Positions 34,631 to 45,250 of a DNA stretch of 64,000 nucleotides are shown piece by piece (the stretch's first letter is position 1; every line of letters begins with the position of its first letter). A model generated the notes under the pieces. The model saw only the letters and a program-made list of their open reading frames with translations. It had not been told where the DNA came from and did no database searches. This DNA comes from a phage: the sequence record PZ019084.1. The stretch is one strand, 5' to 3'. The translations under genes were made by a program, and so were the position numbers.

Positions 34631-34807
34631 TTATGCTTTCTGCTTACCAAAACGAGAAGCATCATCTCGAAGAACCGCACGTGCTCGACGCATGATCTTC
34701 TCAACAGTTTGATTGATACGAGAGTTCGACCCACGCTTGTAGCCAGCGCGTTTAGAATCACCAACTTTCTTTTCAACTGCTTTCTTTGCTTTAACTTGTT
34801 TTGCCAT
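34631..34807 (-). CDS. 58-aa highly basic protein (30.9 position)
   Basis: MAKQVKAKKAVEKKVGDSKRAGYKRGSNSRINQTVEKIMRRARAVLRDDASRFGKQKA. The track ORF extends to ATG 34849, but that start has no RBS. Start assignment is uncertain. Confidence 0.5.
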   Translation of the reverse strand: MAKQVKAKKAVEKKVGDSKRAGYKRGSNSRINQTVEKIMRRARAVLRDDASRFGKQKA

Positions 34808-34849
34808 TATAAATTCTCTTTTAAATGAAAATGCAGGACTTATTGGCAT

Positions 34850-35203
34850 TGCCTGCGCAAGCCCTCAAGGGGAACATAGGTTTTGGATATTTAACGACAG
34901 GATAACCATAAACCCGTCATCATACCTTATAGCTCTTATCTGTTGCACACCGTTAGCTTAAAGGTTCCGGGTCCGATTTCTCGAGGATAAGATATATACT
35001 GATGGATATATAGGCCTTGAGGCGTACTCCCGATTGGCCATCACCTCGGGGTAGCATGCACTTGCCGCTATAAGAATAACATTCAAGAGGTACACCGTAA
35101 AACTGCCGGGGTCTTAAAACTATAATGATTCGCAAATCATTAATCAGACAGTTCGACGGCTCCTCGTTTTAACTTCACACTAAGGCAGTGACTCTCCAAT
35201 AAA
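34850..35203. other. ORF-free, GC-elevated spacer; candidate structured RNA or leader
   Basis: This is the largest non-coding gap in the window. GC is about 44 percent by my count, against a much more AT-rich surrounding early region. It contains a perfect 8-bp hairpin at 35123-35142. No ORF with an RBS is present on either strand. Confidence 0.3.
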
Positions 35204-35452
35204 TTACTTCAGTGTTACCACAAAGTGACGAACTGCTTTTCGTGCGGCAGAAGCCAAAGGCTTAGCATATTTAAGTTCATCTTTTTCCTGAAGCTCAGCA
35301 GCTAATGCAGTTTGAGCGGGATTCAGATGTTTGAAATAACGCAGGATTTCAAGAGCTTCGGCTTCAACATCAATAGATGCGCCATAGTTTTCGTGACCAT
35401 TATTCCATGCGTTTCGTTGCAGTTCAAGAGCGTGTTGTAATTGTTTAATCAT
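35204..35452 (-). CDS. rIII: RIII lysis-inhibition accessory protein, 82 aa
   Basis: Length and sequence match T4 RIII. Adjacent to gene 31. Confidence 0.88.
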   Translation of the reverse strand: MIKQLQHALELQRNAWNNGHENYGASIDVEAEALEILRYFKHLNPAQTALAAELQEKDELKYAKPLASAARKAVRHFVVTLK

Positions 35453-35591
35453 TTAAAAATTCTCGTTAGAGATTAAAACTCGGTAGTCACGTTCTTCTGA
35501 ATTTCATCTTCTTTCGACAGATCTCTCAGTTGTAGACTACCACGTAGAATTGTTCGGTTAACTTATTATTCCGACACCCAATTCATATTAT

Positions 35592-35599
35592 TATTTATA
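35592..35599 (-). promoter_or_regulatory. late promoter TATAAATA upstream of rIII
   Basis: Exact TATAAATA on the minus strand immediately after the gene 31 stop. Confidence 0.5.
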
Positions 35600-35935
35600 T
35601 CACTTATAAAGACACGGAATAGCTTTATAGTGACAGGTAACAAATTTTTGTTTAATTTCTTTTGGCTGCTTAAGACCCAGAGCTACAAAAGGATGCGGAA
35701 CGTTTCGAATTTGACCAACTGGAAGAGAAGTCAAATCACCAACTTCGCAGAAACCTTCAGGAACATCAGGACCAACAGAGTGAATTACACACAGTTCGGG
35801 AACTTCACCTTGAACACGTTTACCGATAATAAGTCCTGATTCTGTAACTTCTTCATCACCGGCTTGTGCAGGTTCAGAAACTAAAATAACATATTCACCG
35901 ACAGCACGAATTGGTAGCTGTTGTACTTCAGACAT
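35600..35935 (-). CDS. 31: GroES-like co-chaperonin for GroEL, 111 aa
   Basis: Length and sequence match T4 gp31. Confidence 0.93.
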   Translation of the reverse strand: MSEVQQLPIRAVGEYVILVSEPAQAGDEEVTESGLIIGKRVQGEVPELCVIHSVGPDVPEGFCEVGDLTSLPVGQIRNVPHPFVALGLKQPKEIKQKFVTCHYKAIPCLYK

Positions 35936-35991
35936 CGTTTTTCCTTTTTGTTAACAGATGAGTTAATAATAACAAATAATTCTTAAAGCAT

Positions 35992-36300
35992 TTATTTACC
36001 AATAAATTGAAGCAAATGCTCAACTTTCATACCATTAACGGAAATCAATTTGTTAATAGAAAAACCTCGCCATGCACCAAGTTCAACATCAAATACTGGA
36101 ATCATATCAGTAGATTCTTTCCGAGTAGATTCAGTCAATTTACCGGTTTGCATGGTTGGCATAAAGTCAGCATCGCGAGTACCTTTCATAGTACGAATAG
36201 TACCATCAGACTTTTCAAAAACCACGTTTGAAATACCCATGGACAATTTAGTTTTCAAAATTTCACGAATTGCTACTTTTTGTTCAGTCGTCAGTTTCAT
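35992..36300 (-). CDS. 31.1: hypothetical protein, 102 aa
   Basis: ORF in synteny with T4. Confidence 0.7.
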   Translation of the reverse strand: MKLTTEQKVAIREILKTKLSMGISNVVFEKSDGTIRTMKGTRDADFMPTMQTGKLTESTRKESTDMIPVFDVELGAWRGFSINKLISVNGMKVEHLLQFIGK

Positions 36301-36537
36301 TTATTTACCTATTACAGTTTTAATATGGGTTGTTCCACGTTCTTTAAGAGTGGAAAGCAATTTTTGGCATTTTTCTAAATCAGATTTCCAACTATATGGT
36401 CTATCAATACAAACCCATTCTGACTTATAATACTGTTTCCATTTAGAGAAAAAATATTTCTTATACTCTACAGCAAATGAAATATTCTCATTAGAATAAG
36501 AACTAATTGCTGTGAGTTGTACCAAACGAAATTTCAT
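36301..36537 (-). CDS. 31.2: hypothetical protein, 78 aa
   Basis: ORF in synteny with T4. Confidence 0.65.
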   Translation of the reverse strand: MKFRLVQLTAISSYSNENISFAVEYKKYFFSKWKQYYKSEWVCIDRPYSWKSDLEKCQKLLSTLKERGTTHIKTVIGK

Positions 36538-37118
36538 TATTCACCACAGAATTCGTTGATATTTTCCCAGTTTAACTTATTCAAGTTTTTCTTAGGAACA
36601 TTAAACACTTCAATACCTGCATTTCGCAGAATATCATCCCAGCCAGGTTTATTCTTATCGTATGTTTCGCAATAAACCAGCTTTTTAATTCCAGATTGAG
36701 CTATGGCTTTTGCACAATCTGGGCAAGGAGAAAGTGTTACATACATAGTAGCACCTTCAATTGAAGAACCGTTTCGCGCAGCAAACAAAATTGCATTTAG
36801 CTCAGCATGAATTTCATTTTTAGACGACCATTCAGAGTGAGCGCCGCGATGTTCTTTCGCCAAAACAAAACGATCAGTTGAACCAAACGATACACATTCG
36901 GGCTTATGACCTTGAATGATAGTATGTTTAGGTTTATTCAACAACCAACCTTGCTCGGCAGCATAATCGCAGCAGTTCACACCACCTGCCGGAGAACCAT
37001 TATATCCGGTAGAAATAATACGTCCATTCTTTTCAATTACTGCTCCTACCTTCCAGGAGCAACATTTGGATTCTTGTGATACTAAATATGCAATTTGAAG
37101 TACTGTACTCGCTTTCAT
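36537..37118 (-). CDS. cd: dCMP deaminase, 193 aa
   Basis: Zinc-deaminase motifs HAELNAI and PCPDCAKAI. Length matches T4 Cd. Confidence 0.95.
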   Translation of the reverse strand: MKASTVLQIAYLVSQESKCCSWKVGAVIEKNGRIISTGYNGSPAGGVNCCDYAAEQGWLLNKPKHTIIQGHKPECVSFGSTDRFVLAKEHRGAHSEWSSKNEIHAELNAILFAARNGSSIEGATMYVTLSPCPDCAKAIAQSGIKKLVYCETYDKNKPGWDDILRNAGIEVFNVPKKNLNKLNWENINEFCGE

Positions 37119-37453
37119 TTCATAATCACCAGATAAGCAGATTTAGCAGTTTCAACACGATAAATTTCATGACGAAGTTTAGTTATACTTTTAATAACAG
37201 AACTAATTATATTCTGCCCATCTTTAAAGCGGTTTTTCTTATCAATAAAAATTGCACCAACCATCTTTTTGTGAAGCTCAACTGGATACTTCGTCACAAT
37301 AATAGCATCATACACAGAAGGATGAATACTATTCACTAGAGTGTCATTCATTAAAGTTATTCTAATGAACTGTGCTGTGTCAGAGTCAAGCGCTCTATGA
37401 TCGCCAGTATCATTTTCAAGACAATTATCAATTATATCAGTTAAATTCATCAT
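37115..37453 (-). CDS. cd.1: hypothetical protein, 112 aa
   Basis: Coupled ORF in synteny with T4. Confidence 0.65.
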   Translation of the reverse strand: MMNLTDIIDNCLENDTGDHRALDSDTAQFIRITLMNDTLVNSIHPSVYDAIIVTKYPVELHKKMVGAIFIDKKNRFKDGQNIISSVIKSITKLRHEIYRVETAKSAYLVIMK

Positions 37454-37686
37454 AGTACGCCATACACCCTTTGTGCTTCAACTAATCCATCAAAATCCAA
37501 TTTGAGATGCGTTATTTGGTCACCATCACCTGGATTCACAATTACTAATACTGAACGAGGAGTTTCGGTAATAACGCGAACCGATGTTTCAGGAAATCGT
37601 TCAGAAACCTTATTTACCAATTCCTGAGCAAATAGTTTAACTTTTTCTTGGAATTCTTTAATAGTAATTGGTTTTTCACTTAGCAT
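37450..37686 (-). CDS. cd.2: hypothetical protein, 78 aa
   Basis: Coupled ORF in synteny with T4. Confidence 0.65.
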   Translation of the reverse strand: MLSEKPITIKEFQEKVKLFAQELVNKVSERFPETSVRVITETPRSVLVIVNPGDGDQITHLKLDFDGLVEAQRVYGVL

Positions 37687-38207
37687 GTTGATCCCAGCTC
37701 CTTACTTTCAACGTTTTTAACTAATTTGACAGAAACTAATTCGGCATCTTGGGTAATCATTACCGGGCCTTCTTTATACTCTTCAAGATATTCTAGAGCT
37801 TTCTTTTTAGCTTCTTCCTTCGTATCAGTTTGAGCATAGATATAAAACATGCAACCAGTAATACCTACTACTTTCCACTTAATTTCTTTATCAGTTTTAA
37901 TTTCAAATTTACTAACAGAATCATCTTTTTGAACTTCTTCGAAAAAAGAATATTCTAACATATAAGCAATTGAAAATAACGGGCTAACTTTATAGGATTC
38001 GCCCATTACATCAACAGCTTTATACCAACAGTCATCAATTTCGCGTTTAATGCTAATAACATTTTTCGCAGGATCTATTTTTACTTTAAATGAATTTTCC
38101 CCAATAAACTGGGCAATTCGTTTATTAGCCCCGCAAGTTTCATTAAAAATATCTTTATATCCAGCTTTAAAGCGATAAACCTTATCTTCTTCAAACCATT
38201 CGCTCAT
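37680..38207 (-). CDS. cd.3: hypothetical protein, 175 aa
   Basis: ORF with a GAGGAA RBS, in synteny with T4. Confidence 0.65.
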   Translation of the reverse strand: MSEWFEEDKVYRFKAGYKDIFNETCGANKRIAQFIGENSFKVKIDPAKNVISIKREIDDCWYKAVDVMGESYKVSPLFSIAYMLEYSFFEEVQKDDSVSKFEIKTDKEIKWKVVGITGCMFYIYAQTDTKEEAKKKALEYLEEYKEGPVMITQDAELVSVKLVKNVESKELGSTC

Positions 38208-38237
38208 TTCAATTTCCTCATTTGTTTTGGTAGAGCT

Positions 38238-38267
38238 ATAATATCACAACTCTACTGTAAAGTAAAC
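38238..38267 (-). promoter_or_regulatory. early promoter upstream of cd.3
   Basis: Minus strand reads GTTTAC-N18-TATTAT. Confidence 0.5.
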
Positions 38268-38269
38268 TA

Positions 38270-38545
38270 TTAAATTGCTTTGAATTCTGATGTCTGCGAT
38301 TCAAAACTAATATCGCCTTTGATAACTAACTCAGCATCAAGACCGAATACGACAATGATATGCGCGGAACCTGGATACAGCGTAATTGCAATAGAATCCA
38401 CCTGGTCTGGAAGCAAAGTGTTCAATACATGAGTAACTTGAGCATGAATTCGAAGCTCAGCTGCATTATCAAACTTTTCAAACATATTATTAGCGATAAT
38501 TTGGCTAAACACTACTTCTACGATTTTAGAGTAAGTCGGAAACAT
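38270..38545 (-). CDS. hypothetical protein, 91 aa
   Basis: ORF in the coding strand of the operon. Confidence 0.55.
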   Translation of the reverse strand: MFPTYSKIVEVVFSQIIANNMFEKFDNAAELRIHAQVTHVLNTLLPDQVDSIAITLYPGSAHIIVVFGLDAELVIKGDISFESQTSEFKAI

Positions 38546-38547
38546 AT

Positions 38548-38748
38548 TTACCTCACATAATTTTCTTCAAGCCAATCAATAACATCCAACGCATTATCAA
38601 AAGTTGAACCATCTACTCTGTCTTCTGTTTCATAATCAAGAACATCTAAGCCTACTCTTCCATCAACAATAGGCCATAAACAAAATAGATATTTCTTTTC
38701 TTTTTCAATTTTATCACAAAGTTGATAAATCTTTTCTATGTTATTCAT
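38548..38748 (-). CDS. hypothetical protein, 66 aa
   Basis: ORF in the coding strand of the operon. Confidence 0.55.
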   Translation of the reverse strand: MNNIEKIYQLCDKIEKEKKYLFCLWPIVDGRVGLDVLDYETEDRVDGSTFDNALDVIDWLEENYVR

Positions 38749-38937
38749 AAGTTTTCCATGGTAAAGGCAGTTTAGTTTTCTTTACTGTTAGTTCAACATC
38801 AGGATTCTTTTCTCTTAATTTAAGACATTCCTCCCAAGCTCTGTATTCACTAGTGAATACACAAAATTGCCCATTACTAGTACCAACTAAACCGCTATTT
38901 ACAATAACAATAGACCAAGTTTCATGATGCCACGCCA

Positions 38938-38938
<1 letters not shown>
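38741..38938 (-). CDS. hypothetical protein, 65 aa
   Basis: ORF coupled to the pseT stop. Confidence 0.55.
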
Positions 38939-40163
<1,225 letters not shown>

Positions 40164-40166
40164 TTA

Positions 40167-40397
40167 TTATTTCTCAACTAATGATTGAATATAATCATGC
40201 AGGTCTTTAGATGCTTTACCCCACTTATTTTGGTATTCATTTTTAAGATTAGCCCGAGATTGAGCTAATAAAACATCATTAGTTGGAGGTAAAGATTCTA
40301 ATCGTTGAATCTGGCGTCCATAAATCATTGCAGCCATCTCGGATTCATAAATCAATCCTTTGAGATGTTCAAATTGATGCCATGAAATCATTTGCAT
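40167..40397 (-). CDS. hypothetical protein, 76 aa
   Basis: ORF in the operon. Confidence 0.55.
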   Translation of the reverse strand: MQMISWHQFEHLKGLIYESEMAAMIYGRQIQRLESLPPTNDVLLAQSRANLKNEYQNKWGKASKDLHDYIQSLVEK

Positions 40398-40687
40398 TTA
40401 TCCTCTTTTAACTCTTGGCGATAATAACATATCATAGTTTTCTGATCATGTACATATCGTTTTACATCATTGAGCCAAATACGAAATTCCTGGGAATCTT
40501 CGAATGGCATACCGACCCAAGCTTTACCATCAATAACTTTAACTTGCCAGGATAGTTTAGCTTCATCGTATGACTTTATTTGTACTGGCCAATTAGGATG
40601 AACTGTTTCTTTCTTTACTTCTAGAGGCTTTGTCGAACAACCAACTAGAAGACCAATAGATAATATTACTGCTGATAGTCTAATCAT
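40388..40687 (-). CDS. pseT.2: outer-membrane spanin lipoprotein (o-spanin), 99 aa
   Basis: Signal peptide with lipobox LLVGC|S. It overlaps the i-spanin stop. T4 pseT.2 is the known o-spanin. Confidence 0.85.
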   Translation of the reverse strand: MIRLSAVILSIGLLVGCSTKPLEVKKETVHPNWPVQIKSYDEAKLSWQVKVIDGKAWVGMPFEDSQEFRIWLNDVKRYVHDQKTMICYYRQELKEDKCK

Positions 40688-41037
40688 TTAGAAAGGTCCT
40701 GGATGTCTTCTGCGAACTTGTTGAAGGAGTTGTTGATTTGTTTTTCAACCAATCCTGGCTTATGAGCCACCACATCCGCCTTCTTTGCGTCTTTGCGCAG
40801 TTTTTCATTTTCACGCTCAATAGCAGCAATTGCCTCACGATTTTTATTATTCATCGCATCAATATAATTATATTGAATTTTTAAATCATTTAATGCTAAA
40901 GCGTTTTCATTGGCCGTTTTTGTAATTTCTACAACAGACGTTTCTAATCTTTCAATTTTACTTTTTAAAATTAAAGAAGTTCCGCCCAATGCAATTACAA
41001 TTAATAGCAAGCCTGCTGTCGTATTACTTAATTGCAT
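40684..41037 (-). CDS. pseT.3: inner-membrane spanin (i-spanin), 117 aa
   Basis: N-terminal transmembrane helix (AGLLLIVIALGGTSLIL) followed by a coiled-coil periplasmic domain. T4 pseT.3 is the known i-spanin. Confidence 0.85.
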   Translation of the reverse strand: MQLSNTTAGLLLIVIALGGTSLILKSKIERLETSVVEITKTANENALALNDLKIQYNYIDAMNNKNREAIAAIERENEKLRKDAKKADVVAHKPGLVEKQINNSFNKFAEDIQDLSK

Positions 41038-41531
41038 AAAGTTTTAATAACCTCTACAATATCGTCTTGAGAAAGACCGTTAATTAAAATATGATGTTCA
41101 GCCGGAGATTTAGAAATTTTAAAGCATGCCTCAACATCTTCTGCCATATCTGATGCGCTACGATTTGGATTACTAATTCCAAGACGATGTTTTCCCGTTA
41201 AAGGATTAACGATGATATAACATTTACAGTTGTTAATATGAACATTAGGTTGAGTCTGATTAATGAACACTTCGCAGTCGTATTTCGCAAGCTGATTTTC
41301 TAAAAAGACTTTCATCTCCTCAACCGCATCAGGAAGCATATCACGGGCTTGCTCAAGACGACGATTTCGATATTCTTTAATGGTCGTTTTCCGCTTTGCT
41401 TTCTTAGCTAAATCTTTCTTAAGATCAGTGATATATCCAACTCGACGATTTCCTTTAAATACAGAAATCCCATCTGTAGTATCACCGTATGCTTCAACGA
41501 CCATCTCAGTAGTAATAAGCTGCAAATCCAT
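41028..41531 (-). CDS. alc: Alc, inhibitor of host (cytosine-DNA) transcription, 167 aa
   Basis: Length and position match T4 Alc, between the spanins and rnlA. The track ORF starts one Met earlier, at 41534. Confidence 0.85.
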   Translation of the reverse strand: MDLQLITTEMVVEAYGDTTDGISVFKGNRRVGYITDLKKDLAKKAKRKTTIKEYRNRRLEQARDMLPDAVEEMKVFLENQLAKYDCEVFINQTQPNVHINNCKCYIIVNPLTGKHRLGISNPNRSASDMAEDVEACFKISKSPAEHHILINGLSQDDIVEVIKTLCN

Positions 41532-41538
41532 CATAAAG

Positions 41539-41592
41539 TCCTCATGTTATGTCAGTAAGATTACTATAACACAACACGAGGGACTTGTAAAC
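41539..41592 (-). promoter_or_regulatory. early promoter/leader cassette, copy 2 of the 54-bp repeat
   Basis: GTTTAC-N18-TATAGT plus a GAGGA SD. Matches 25539-25592 at 53 of 54 positions. Confidence 0.65.
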
Positions 41593-41595
41593 AGC

Positions 41596-43183
<1,588 letters not shown>

Positions 43184-43190
43184 AATAAAA

Positions 43191-43206
43191 TGGGCCTTGC
43201 GGCCCA
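43191..43206 (-). terminator. hairpin between nrdB and denA
   Basis: Plus strand reads TGGGCC-ttgc-GGCCCA. A short U-run follows on the minus strand. Confidence 0.45.
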
Positions 43207-43210
43207 CTCC

Positions 43211-44380
43211 TTAAAAATATTTTTTAAAACTCATCATAACTTTATCATCAACATCATTATCAATCTGTGCTACAAGATAAGATGATAGTTCTACTTCTTG
43301 TGGCGCGGATTGAACATTATCAGAATTAAGATATTCACGAATCCAAGGATACGGGTGTTTAACCGGAGCATCGGTAATTGGGCATGGAAGACCGCACTGT
43401 TTCATACGAGATACAGTTAAGTAATCAATAAAGCTCCACATGCTATTTGTATTTAATCCAGGAACATCGCCATCTTTAAATAAATGAACTGCCCAGTCTT
43501 TTTCTTGACGGTTAACTTCCATGAAAATATCAACTGCTTCTTGTTCACACTCTTGGGCAATTTTAACCCATTCATCGCCATCAGTGCCAAGTTGAAGTTG
43601 ACGAATAATATATTGAGTGCCTTTAAGGTGAAGCTGTTCATCACGAGCAATGAACTTCATAATCTTGGCATTACCTTCCATGATTTCCATGTTTTTATGG
43701 AAGTTAAAGGTACATGCGAAAGATACATAAAAACGAATAGCTTCCAATGCGTTGATTACATGAAGGCAAAGATAAAGAGATTTCATTAATGCTCGTTTAG
43801 TACATTCAACAACTTTGCCTAACTCTTCTTTACGAAATCCTTCTGATAAAATTCCTTCATAATCTTCAACCGCATTCTGATATTCACGAGTCTTAACTAG
43901 AACATCATCATAATAGCGACCAATGGACTCGGCACGTTTCATAATAGCTTTATCTAATACAATCTCATCAAACACCTTTGACGGATCAGTATAAAGATTT
44001 CGCATAATATGAGTGTATGAACGACTGTGAATAGTTTCACTAAAAGTCCATGTAGCAACCCATGTATCAAGGCTTGGGTCTGAAATTAATGACATAAGTA
44101 CAGCAGACGGTGCACGACCCTGAATGCTATCCAAAAGTGATTGATACTTCAGGTTATTAGTAAAAATATCTTGCTGATACTGAGGAAGCTTGTTAAATTG
44201 TGCAGCATCCATCATTAAGTTTACTTCTTCAGGACGCCAGAAAAATGACAACTGCTTTTCAGTTAAATCTTCAAAAACTTTATGGCGTTGAATATCATAA
44301 CGCGCAATACCAAGACCTGAACCGAAGAACATAGGTTCTTTTAAAACATCAACTGGATTTGTATTAAAAACTGTAGACAT
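43211..44380 (-). CDS. nrdB: ribonucleotide reductase beta subunit, uninterrupted 389 aa
   Basis: Full-length R2 protein in one continuous ORF, with no intron. Confidence 0.95.
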   Translation of the reverse strand: MSTVFNTNPVDVLKEPMFFGSGLGIARYDIQRHKVFEDLTEKQLSFFWRPEEVNLMMDAAQFNKLPQYQQDIFTNNLKYQSLLDSIQGRAPSAVLMSLISDPSLDTWVATWTFSETIHSRSYTHIMRNLYTDPSKVFDEIVLDKAIMKRAESIGRYYDDVLVKTREYQNAVEDYEGILSEGFRKEELGKVVECTKRALMKSLYLCLHVINALEAIRFYVSFACTFNFHKNMEIMEGNAKIMKFIARDEQLHLKGTQYIIRQLQLGTDGDEWVKIAQECEQEAVDIFMEVNRQEKDWAVHLFKDGDVPGLNTNSMWSFIDYLTVSRMKQCGLPCPITDAPVKHPYPWIREYLNSDNVQSAPQEVELSSYLVAQIDNDVDDKVMMSFKKYF

Positions 44381-44414
44381 ATTATTCTCGCTTATTATAG
44401 GTTTAAATATTTAA

Positions 44415-45206
44415 TCACATATTATGTATAAGCACTTCAGTCTGAAATGATGCACCTTTCTTTTGCTTCCTGTACATGGTTTCAAAATATTCGATTTTGA
44501 AATTATTAGAAAGGGCCCAATCTTTTAGAATATAATTATTAATATCGTCTGATAGATTATTAGTGATAATAAATTTAGACTTTGAGCGTTTAATTTTATC
44601 TAATAATTCTAATTCATCCTTTTCTTCCCATCCTGAATATTTAAATTTAGTAGAAAGATATGGCGGGTCAATGAATAAATTTTTGTTTTCAAAATCTAAA
44701 TCTTTGAATGATTTATTACTAAATGTAAATCGGTGCTGTCTATTTTTAAATTCAGAAAATTTATCCTGTTGAGACTTATTAAAAGAAGTTCTAGAATACT
44801 TGGCTCTATTGGCGAAAGCCGCATTATAGTTACCATTACTAGAAAATCGGATTAACGAACTGAATGAAAATAAATGTAAAACATAAAGATATAGTCCATT
44901 TTTGGTTTTATCATACTCTTTTGACAGATTATAAAAGGGTGCTGAATCTTTGTCATTCAAATTGAAGTCTTCAATAATTTGAACTATATCATTGATTGAA
45001 GATACTTTCATCTTTTTATACATGTCTATAAGAGGAGTGTTAATATCATTACATATAACATCTCTCTGGCAATTCATAGAAAATCCAAGACCGCCACAAA
45101 AAGCATCCAAAACAGGCTTATCGTCAAAGCGGTTTGAAAATTGTCTAATAAATGGCATATACTTGTGCTTTGCACCCGGATATGTTATTGCAGGTAGGTC
45201 TTTCAT
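44415..45206 (-). CDS. Dam-like DNA N6-adenine methyltransferase (alpha-type motif order), 263 aa
   Basis: N-terminal YPGAKHK, SAM motif I DAFCGGLG, catalytic motif IV DPPY. LYVLH and W.E.DE..LL blocks resemble T4 Dam. The gene is very AT-rich and has its own TGATATAAT extended -10 element upstream. Confidence 0.8.
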   Translation of the reverse strand: MKDLPAITYPGAKHKYMPFIRQFSNRFDDKPVLDAFCGGLGFSMNCQRDVICNDINTPLIDMYKKMKVSSINDIVQIIEDFNLNDKDSAPFYNLSKEYDKTKNGLYLYVLHLFSFSSLIRFSSNGNYNAAFANRAKYSRTSFNKSQQDKFSEFKNRQHRFTFSNKSFKDLDFENKNLFIDPPYLSTKFKYSGWEEKDELELLDKIKRSKSKFIITNNLSDDINNYILKDWALSNNFKIEYFETMYRKQKKGASFQTEVLIHNM

Positions 45207-45250
45207 GTTATTTCTCGTTTGTTAGTGACTCGTCCGTGAGTCAAATTATA

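Noticed and set aside
34863-35074. Interpretation of the long-range 8-bp pairings as a group I intron core (P3/P7 pseudoknot with P7.1-like hairpin and P8)
   Set aside because: The topology would fit only on the plus strand, opposite to all flanking transcription. The conserved J8/7 and P7 G-binding-site sequences are not present, and no exon is interrupted. About one 8-bp match is expected by chance in 350 nt.
34953-35135. 60-aa ORF inside the rIII-proximal non-coding segment
   Set aside because: It has a TTG start, no RBS, and R/P/G/C-rich composition unlike phage proteins. It is more likely a by-product of the raised GC content.
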